From NCBI GenBank assembly GCA_964474825.1, contig CAYYWQ010000001.1, positions 1,130,184 through 1,194,183 on the forward strand: a stretch of DNA of 64,000 nucleotides, in the 5' to 3' direction. The notes beneath the pieces are model-generated. The model was not told the DNA's origin, did no database searches, and worked only from the letters and a program-made list of their open reading frames with translations. The translations under genes were made by a program, and so were the position numbers. Positions 58,289 through 64,000 of this stretch are shown here, piece after piece. Each line of letters begins with the position of its first letter. Positions within the stretch are counted from its first letter, which is position 1. Origin of the DNA: an uncultured Candidatus Saccharibacteria bacterium. Lineage in GTDB: Bacteria; Patescibacteriota; Doudnabacteria; UBA920.

Positions 58289-58564
58289 TTATATTATCAT
58301 TTGAATTATCATCGAAGTTTGGCCGCCTAACTCAGGGCCAACGCTGCCACTCCCAGGTAGTTTATTAAACAGCCACAGTACACTCATTATGCACATAGCC
58401 AAGCCAAACAGCTTCCACCAGGTGTAGGTGCCGGCGCCTATGCCAACTCCTAAATATTTTTCTGCTAAATCTATTTTACCGGAAAACTGGTCGGTAATAA
58501 CAACGGAATATTTCATAACAAGTACACCGGCAATAAAAAGGAGAGGGGAGAGGAAGAAGCGCAT
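58289..58564 (-). CDS. Small membrane protein, hypothetical (start placed at internal Met 'MRFFLSPLLF…' to avoid overlap with the GIY-YIG gene)
   Basis: Three hydrophobic helices. No recognisable family. Confidence 0.35.
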   Translation of the reverse strand: MRFFLSPLLFIAGVLVMKYSVVITDQFSGKIDLAEKYLGVGIGAGTYTWWKLFGLAMCIMSVLWLFNKLPGSGSVGPELGGQTSMIIQMII

Positions 58565-58584
58565 AAATTTTGTTTTTATAAATA

Positions 58585-58833
58585 TTATGGTTTTAAACCC
58601 AGGATCAGCTTTTCTCTTTTGATCCGTGACCATTTTTTAACCTGAATTTCTCTTTGTATTGCTTCGTTCAATGTTGGGTATGTTTCTGTGTAAACTATTT
58701 TCCCGCCTCCATGTTGCTTGGTCCACTGTGCGCCAATGCCGGGATTATGCCTTTTTTCTCTTTGAGGAGGATAATTGGTGTTTCCCGCGTACAAAGTATT
58801 ATCTTCGCACCGAAACAAGTAAAAATAAAACAT
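58585..58833 (-). CDS. GIY-YIG nuclease-family small protein (UPF0213/YhbQ-like)
   Basis: 'FYFYLFRCEDNTLYAGNTNYPPQREKRHN…WTKQHGGGKIVYTETYPTLNEAIQREIQVKKWSR' matches the single-domain GIY-YIG pattern (Y..Y.L.C.DG.LY.G.T….R..EHN). Confidence 0.7.
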   Translation of the reverse strand: MFYFYLFRCEDNTLYAGNTNYPPQREKRHNPGIGAQWTKQHGGGKIVYTETYPTLNEAIQREIQVKKWSRIKREKLILGLKP

Positions 58834-58952
58834 ATATTTTGCCCCTCGGCTGCGCTCGGGACACTCGACTCGCTGTAAAAATCGTGGTTGGTTGAGGCCT
58901 CACAAAGGCCGAAACCACGAGCGAGCTTTGGCGCTAGCCAAAGCGAGTCGAG

Positions 58953-59027
58953 TGGTGGGTGCGGCAGGGATCGGACCTGCGACCCCGTCATTATCAGTGA
59001 CGTGCTCTACCACTGAGCTACGCACCC
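58953..59027 (-). tRNA. tRNA-Ile (anticodon GAT), CCA encoded
   Basis: Reverse complement GGGTGCGTAGCTCAGTGGTAGAGCACGTCACTGATAATGACGGGGTCGCAGGTCCGATCCCTGCCGCACCCACCA. Anticodon loop CTGATAA. Canonical D- and T-loops. Confidence 0.85.
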
Positions 59028-59244
59028 GTAAAACGGTTTTGCTTAGAAATCTCTCCTTCTATTAGGGAGGCAGGTGGCTGATAAACACCTTAACTTCTTG
59101 GTATTTTACCAGAAAGGAACTTTTTTGACAACTGGCAGAGAATATATTATGATAAATGAGTAATTACCGTCTGTTTCTTGCTGAAATCAAAAAATTTTGT
59201 AGCACATTTGGAACCCAAATTCAGGTTCTTCAAAAACCATAAAA

Positions 59245-60273
59245 ATGCTTTTTTCCAAACTGTTTGCCAAAAAAAAATCAATGTTAGGCGTAGATATTGG
59301 CACGGCTAACATTAAGGTGGTCCAAATAGACCAAGCTGAAACTCCTGTTTTGCAGACTTATGGGATTGTAAATACGCCCTATCAACTGGGAGGCAAGAAT
59401 GACGAACAGGCTTTGCCTGAAATGGCCAAACTGCTTAAGACGTTACTGGAAAAAGCAGGGGTAACCACGCGGCGCTGTGTTATTAGTTTTCCCAATATTT
59501 CAGTATTTAGCTCTGTTATAGAGCTGCCCAGCATGTCAGATTCTGAACTGGCCCTTGCCGTTGAGCATGAAGCAAAAAAATATATACCGCTTTCTTTAAC
59601 CGACGTAGATATGGACTGGGTCATGATTTCCAAAGACCCATTGGGCAAGGGGACAATAAAAGTCCTGTTGACAGCTGTGCCTAAGCAAGTGACTAAAAAT
59701 TACCGCCGCTTGTTTGAAATGGCCGGTTTAGAGCATGAAGTAGGGGAAATTGAGGGACTGGCCCTTATTCGCTCTTTAGTCGGGAATGCGCCTACCAACT
59801 GTGTTATAATAGATATAGGAGCAAAGAGTACCGGTTTAAATATTATTGAAAATGGTTATTTAAGGTTAAGCCGTAACCTTAACATTGGCGGCGAAACTAT
59901 TACTGCCAAAATAGCACAAACTCTTAATATTAGCGAAGCTCGAGCTGAACAATTCAAACGGGATTTTGGAGTTAGTGGCAGTACTTTTATCCCAGAAGCA
60001 ATTAGGCCGGTCCTAAATGTGATTAAGACTGAAACCAAACAGTTAGTTACCCTTTACCAGTCCCAAAACAATAAAAAATTAGAAAAAATTATTTTAGTTG
60101 GCGGCGGCGCGAATTTACCGGCAATAACGAGTTTTTTTAGCGACCTGCCGGCTCCTGTGGAATTGGGTAACCCTCTGAGAATTATTAGTTACAGCAAAAA
60201 TTTGTCCGCCGTACTGCAGCGCCATGCCTTAAGTTTGCCTATTGCCATTGGTTTAGCTTTAAGAAACGAATAA
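59245..60273 (+). CDS. pilM: Type IV pilus assembly protein PilM (actin-like ATPase fold)
   Basis: 'LGVDIGTANIKVVQI' phosphate-1 motif. About 340 aa. 'GGGANLPA' in the C-terminal half. Confidence 0.8.
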   Translation: MLFSKLFAKKKSMLGVDIGTANIKVVQIDQAETPVLQTYGIVNTPYQLGGKNDEQALPEMAKLLKTLLEKAGVTTRRCVISFPNISVFSSVIELPSMSDSELALAVEHEAKKYIPLSLTDVDMDWVMISKDPLGKGTIKVLLTAVPKQVTKNYRRLFEMAGLEHEVGEIEGLALIRSLVGNAPTNCVIIDIGAKSTGLNIIENGYLRLSRNLNIGGETITAKIAQTLNISEARAEQFKRDFGVSGSTFIPEAIRPVLNVIKTETKQLVTLYQSQNNKKLEKIILVGGGANLPAITSFFSDLPAPVELGNPLRIISYSKNLSAVLQRHALSLPIAIGLALRNE

Positions 60274-60361
60274 CAACATAAACATTTAACAATTAACCTT
60301 TGACATTTGACTGCCAAAAAAGTCATATGTTACATGTCAAAGGTCAAATGTCCCAAAACAC

Positions 60362-60946
60362 GTGGCACAAATAAACCTTTTAAAACAAAAAACCTCAATT
60401 GACAGCGTCTGGCAGATGACTACTTCTGTCTTGGTTAAGCTATTGGCTGTTGCTTTTTTGGCAATGCTCGGATTTTATGGCTGGCAGTTTTATAAAATAA
60501 ATAAAATTGCTGCCCAGGAAATTTCGGACCAGCAGGAAATCAGCACCGCCCAACAGTCGGCCGGTGCGATTACTAACCGTGAAGAGCTTTACACCAGACA
60601 GGCGCAATTATCGGAGCAAAGCGGCTTAATACAGAAACACTTATACTGGTCCCAGTTGTTTCCGGCCTTAGCTAAGGTTACTTTTAAAAAAGCCAGTTAT
60701 ACCGCAATACAACTGACTAAAGAGGGGCAGCTGACACTAAAAGTGACTGTTCCCGATCTATATTCCATAGATAAATTTTTTGACGTTTACAACCAACCGG
60801 AATTCAATGAAAATTTTTATAATTTGCGTATAGGTTCTTTTCAAAAATCCGAGGGGGACGAAAAGGAAGGCTATAGCTTTGACGCCCGGTTTGATTTTAA
60901 CACTGGGTTGTTGCGATATGAGACCAAAGCAGACAAAACCAAATAA
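60362..60946 (+). CDS. pilN: PilN-like pilus assembly protein
   Basis: N-terminal 'QINLLKQK' (the INLLP-type motif of PilN) followed by a single TM and a coiled-coil. Position after pilM. Confidence 0.6.
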   Translation: MAQINLLKQKTSIDSVWQMTTSVLVKLLAVAFLAMLGFYGWQFYKINKIAAQEISDQQEISTAQQSAGAITNREELYTRQAQLSEQSGLIQKHLYWSQLFPALAKVTFKKASYTAIQLTKEGQLTLKVTVPDLYSIDKFFDVYNQPEFNENFYNLRIGSFQKSEGDEKEGYSFDARFDFNTGLLRYETKADKTK

Positions 60947-60949
60947 CTT

Positions 60950-61579
60950 ATGGACATAAATTTTCAAAATAAACTGCCTAAATTTGAGGCTCCTGTTTCC
61001 ATTAAGGCTTCACGGAACGCCATTACGGAAATAGTTTTGCTATTGATTGTAGCCGGTTTATTTTATTGGTTTTTATTGTCTCCTAAAATGGCGGAAGTTA
61101 AACTCAAACAGGCTGAGGCAGACAAATTTACCGAGCAAAAGCAAAGCATTCAGCAAGACGTGGCTACTTTAAAAAAATTATCTGAAGATCTTAAGGAATC
61201 CGGGGACGACCTTGTCCATTTAGACCAGGCGCTGCCTTTGGAAGAAAGACAGGTTAGGACTCAGCTGCTTTTGGACCAGCTTATTAGGTCGTCGGGTTTG
61301 TTTGTTGGGGACATAAGCGTTAATGACCCCCAGGAAACCGTTGTTGCCGGCAATAAAGCCTTGCTAAAAAATCCCTTTGGCGTGCCCCGTTCCCTGGGCA
61401 TGCTAACTGTTAATGCCAGCGTAAGCGGTAACTTTGACCAGCTTTTGGACTTAATAAAAAAATTGGAAAATTACGGAAGGTTAATGGATATCTCAACGCT
61501 CAATCTGAGCGCTGGTAGCGGCGGTGTTTTGAATATGAAATTAACTTTTACCATGTATTACTTCGGTACTTCAAGCTGA
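60950..61579 (+). CDS. pilO: PilO-like pilus assembly protein
   Basis: Single N-terminal TM, coiled-coil, then a periplasmic domain. Position between pilN and pilB. Confidence 0.5.
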   Translation: MDINFQNKLPKFEAPVSIKASRNAITEIVLLLIVAGLFYWFLLSPKMAEVKLKQAEADKFTEQKQSIQQDVATLKKLSEDLKESGDDLVHLDQALPLEERQVRTQLLLDQLIRSSGLFVGDISVNDPQETVVAGNKALLKNPFGVPRSLGMLTVNASVSGNFDQLLDLIKKLENYGRLMDISTLNLSAGSGGVLNMKLTFTMYYFGTSS

Positions 61580-61614
61580 TTTCTTTCGCAGCAGCCTGTT
61601 TATTTTAAATAAAC

Positions 61615-61977
61615 TTGTACGGTATGGACAAAAAAAAGATTATTCAAATAATTGTAATAATTGCGGCCTTCGGAGGCAGCGGCTTTGTTCTTTATAACGG
61701 CTTGTACAGTTCCAACTCCGGGGGAGCGCCTTTGCCAACCGCCGTGGGTGGAGCACCGCTGGCCGCTTCTCCGGTTGCGGGCGGGTCTGCCAACGCGTTG
61801 TTGCCGTTTGGTAAGACTTTGGATTTTAAGGGGACATTGGATTACAACAGGTTCCAATATGACGCAATTTCTTTCCCTAAGTTAAGCACCAGCACGGAAG
61901 TCGGTATTTATGACCAAGCAAGCCAAACCTACACCCAGCCTTTAATTTATACGCCGGATAGCATACCCGCCCCGTAA
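61615..61977 (+). CDS. Small membrane-anchored protein in pilus operon (PilP-like?)
   Basis: TM 'IIQIIVIIAAFGGSGFVLY' then a Gly/Ala/Pro-rich linker and a short beta-rich domain. Confidence 0.35.
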   Translation: MYGMDKKKIIQIIVIIAAFGGSGFVLYNGLYSSNSGGAPLPTAVGGAPLAASPVAGGSANALLPFGKTLDFKGTLDYNRFQYDAISFPKLSTSTEVGIYDQASQTYTQPLIYTPDSIPAP

Positions 61978-61992
61978 CTCAAAACTTTAAAT

Positions 61993-63747
61993 ATGGAACC
62001 ACAGCAAAAGACCAATACCACCGAAGGTTTTGAACAGTTCTTAGTTTCCAACGGTTTTATAAAACCGCAGACTTTGGCTGAGGTAAAATCCACTCAAAAA
62101 CCGGGCGACAAGAATTTAGACCAGCAGCTCATAGCTCGCAAGGTCTTGGAAGAAGAAGAATTGGCTAAGGCAAAAGCCGCTTTTTTTAATATTCCCTACG
62201 TTGATTTGCGCCAGACTCAGGTGCCGGTATCAGTACTGACTTTGATACCACAGGAGTCCATGAATTTTTATAAATTCGCGCCGTTTGACCTCCAGGGTCA
62301 GGTTTTAAGGGTAGCGGTTAGCGACCCGGGAAATCTTTCAGGTTTGGAAGCGCTGGAATTTTTGGGTCAAAAACAAAACCTCCAGGTTCAGCTTTATTTG
62401 GCTTCCGAAACTTCCATAGACGTAGTTATTGGTAAAAAACGCAACTTAAAAAAAGTTGTAGGTGAAGCTTTAAAAGATTTCCAGAGCAAGGAAACTTTAG
62501 GGGACAAGAAACCGAATGCCGCGGGGACCTTGGGAGCCAAGCCCGAAGTTTTGGAAGAGGCCCCAATTATTAAAATTGTGGACGTTATAATGTCCAACGC
62601 AATAGAAGGCAATGCTTCCGATATCCATGTGGAGCCCTCGGAAAAAGACGTCCGTGTCCGCTACCGTATTGACGGTATTCTCCATACTTCCCTTATGTTG
62701 CCCAAAAGCATCCATTCTGCCATTATCAGCAGGATTAAAATTTTGTCCAACCTTAAAATTGACGAGTCCCGCTTACCTCAGGACGGCCGTTTCCATATGG
62801 AAGCCGGGAAAAAATCGGTTGACTTGCGCGTGTCAATTTTGCCTTTAATTTACGGCGAAAAAATCGTCATGCGTATTTTGGACAAAACTACTAACGCCCC
62901 GACTTTGGAGCAATTGGGTATTCGCGGCAGGGCGCTTAACTGGATTAAGGAAAATATAAAAAAAACCCACGGTATTTTTTTAATTACCGGACCTACAGGA
63001 AGCGGAAAATCCACCACCCTGTATTCAATTTTGTCTATTTTAAATACGCCGACCGTAAATATTATTACCCTGGAAGACCCGGTGGAATATTTTATTGAAG
63101 GTGTTAACCAGAGTCAAATTAACAGCGATATTGGTTTGACTTTTGCTTCCGGCTTGCGCAGTATTTTGCGCCAAGACCCTAATATTGTCATGGTCGGTGA
63201 AATCCGCGACAAGGAAACAGCGGAAATTGCGGTGCACGCGGCCCTTACCGGACACTTGCTGTTTAGTACTTTACATACTAACAATGCGGTTGGTGCTATG
63301 CCCCGTATGATAGACATGGGCATTGAACCTTTTTTACTTACTGCTTCCGTTAACCTGGTTATGGCCCAACGTTTAGTGAGAAAGGTGTGTCCCGATTGTA
63401 AAAAAGAAACTGAGCTTGCCAAACCGGTAGAAGAAGAGCTAAGAAAAGGCCTAGAAAATATTCCGGAAGATTACTTTGAAGGCTTTGACAAAAATGACTT
63501 AAAGGTTTTTAAGGGCGAAGGTTGTGAAAAGTGTGGGCATACGGGTTATGTGGGTCGTTTTGGTATTTATGAAACCTTGCCCGTAACGCCGGAGATCCAA
63601 GAAATGATTTTAAGTAAATTGTCTACCAAAAAAGTTTACGAAGCCGGTCTTAAGATCGGAATGATTACTATGAAGCAGGACGGAATTATTAAAGTCCTTA
63701 GGGGAGAAACCACCATGGAAGAGGTTATTAGGGTAACAACGGAGTAA
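61993..63747 (+). CDS. pilB: Type IV pilus assembly ATPase PilB (full length with N-terminal T2SSE_N domain)
   Basis: N-terminal GspII_E_N-like region. Walker A 'GPTGSGKST', Asp/His boxes, tetracysteine 'CPDC…CEKCGHTG'. Core closely similar to the 414-aa paralog at 13427. Confidence 0.9.
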   Translation: MEPQQKTNTTEGFEQFLVSNGFIKPQTLAEVKSTQKPGDKNLDQQLIARKVLEEEELAKAKAAFFNIPYVDLRQTQVPVSVLTLIPQESMNFYKFAPFDLQGQVLRVAVSDPGNLSGLEALEFLGQKQNLQVQLYLASETSIDVVIGKKRNLKKVVGEALKDFQSKETLGDKKPNAAGTLGAKPEVLEEAPIIKIVDVIMSNAIEGNASDIHVEPSEKDVRVRYRIDGILHTSLMLPKSIHSAIISRIKILSNLKIDESRLPQDGRFHMEAGKKSVDLRVSILPLIYGEKIVMRILDKTTNAPTLEQLGIRGRALNWIKENIKKTHGIFLITGPTGSGKSTTLYSILSILNTPTVNIITLEDPVEYFIEGVNQSQINSDIGLTFASGLRSILRQDPNIVMVGEIRDKETAEIAVHAALTGHLLFSTLHTNNAVGAMPRMIDMGIEPFLLTASVNLVMAQRLVRKVCPDCKKETELAKPVEEELRKGLENIPEDYFEGFDKNDLKVFKGEGCEKCGHTGYVGRFGIYETLPVTPEIQEMILSKLSTKKVYEAGLKIGMITMKQDGIIKVLRGETTMEEVIRVTTE

Positions 63748-63785
63748 GGGAATTGCACAAGATTGCACAAAATTGAACAAAATCA

Positions 63786-64000
63786 TGGCTTATATTTTTA
63801 AACAAAAATTTGATATCCGGGAACTTACAGGACAGCCAAAAGCTGTTAAAAGGGTTATGGTATTTGAACCGGAAATCGACCTTTGCGGGTTGTACGCTTA
63901 CCATATAAGCGCCGCGGATTATTTTGTTAAGTCTTGCAGTAACAGTGGTGTGTTCATCAATCATTTGCAAGAATTTTTACCCCACTTACTTTTAGTTAAC
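63786..64000 (+). CDS. 5' part of a hypothetical ORF running off the window (MAYIFKQKFDIRELTGQPKAV…)
   Basis: Open frame from ATG 63786 to the window end. No recognisable domain in the 71 aa visible. Confidence 0.2.

Overview
This window looks like a low-GC (about 40%) bacterial genome with a reduced, symbiont-like gene set, with Candidate Phyla Radiation/Patescibacteria-like features. Housekeeping genes are interleaved with cell-surface machinery. All calls were made by reading the sequence and ORF translations; no database search was possible.

Housekeeping and RNA genes:
- Recognisable housekeeping genes are trpS, RNase J, secG, uvrC, uvrA, purA, guaB and guaA.
- Three tRNAs on the minus strand are Leu-CAG, Cys-GCA and Ile-GAT.
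- A stand-alone 16S rRNA gene (about 1.46 kb) has a complementary leader/trailer processing stem and no 23S gene nearby.

Surface machinery:
- Two separate type IV pilus loci are present. One carries an N-terminally truncated PilB/GspE ATPase with pilC and four prepilins. The other carries pilM, pilN, pilO, a small membrane ORF and a full-length pilB.
- A 2893-aa membrane-anchored surface protein is translationally coupled to a small excisionase-type HTH gene.
  - Its domains are a collagen-like triplet run, about 20 Gly-rich 'GSGY...GD' repeats, three roughly 600-aa modules with YadA/Hep_Hag-like heptad repeats, a beta-propeller-like segment, a phage-tail-fibre-type intramolecular-chaperone (peptidase S74-like) domain and a Pro-rich tail.
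  - It is followed directly by an ABC-transporter-dependent glycan cluster: GT2, two GT4, a further putative GT, sulfotransferase, SAM-methyltransferase, Wzm/Wzt, a 14-TM GT-C-like membrane protein, and a nucleotidyltransferase fused to APS kinase.
  - The arrangement suggests a sulfated, methylated glycan, possibly decorating the giant protein.
- A second giant secreted protein (1664 aa) has PT-rich linkers.

Compositional anomalies:
- Several single-gene islands of about 55% GC carry strong AAGGAGG Shine-Dalgarno sites.
- One of them is a 2.2-kb ORF directly downstream of the 16S gene, bracketed by two copies of a roughly 40-bp terminator-like direct repeat.
- Another couples a DUF1399-like domain to a C-terminal (SSCG)n Cys/His-rich tail.
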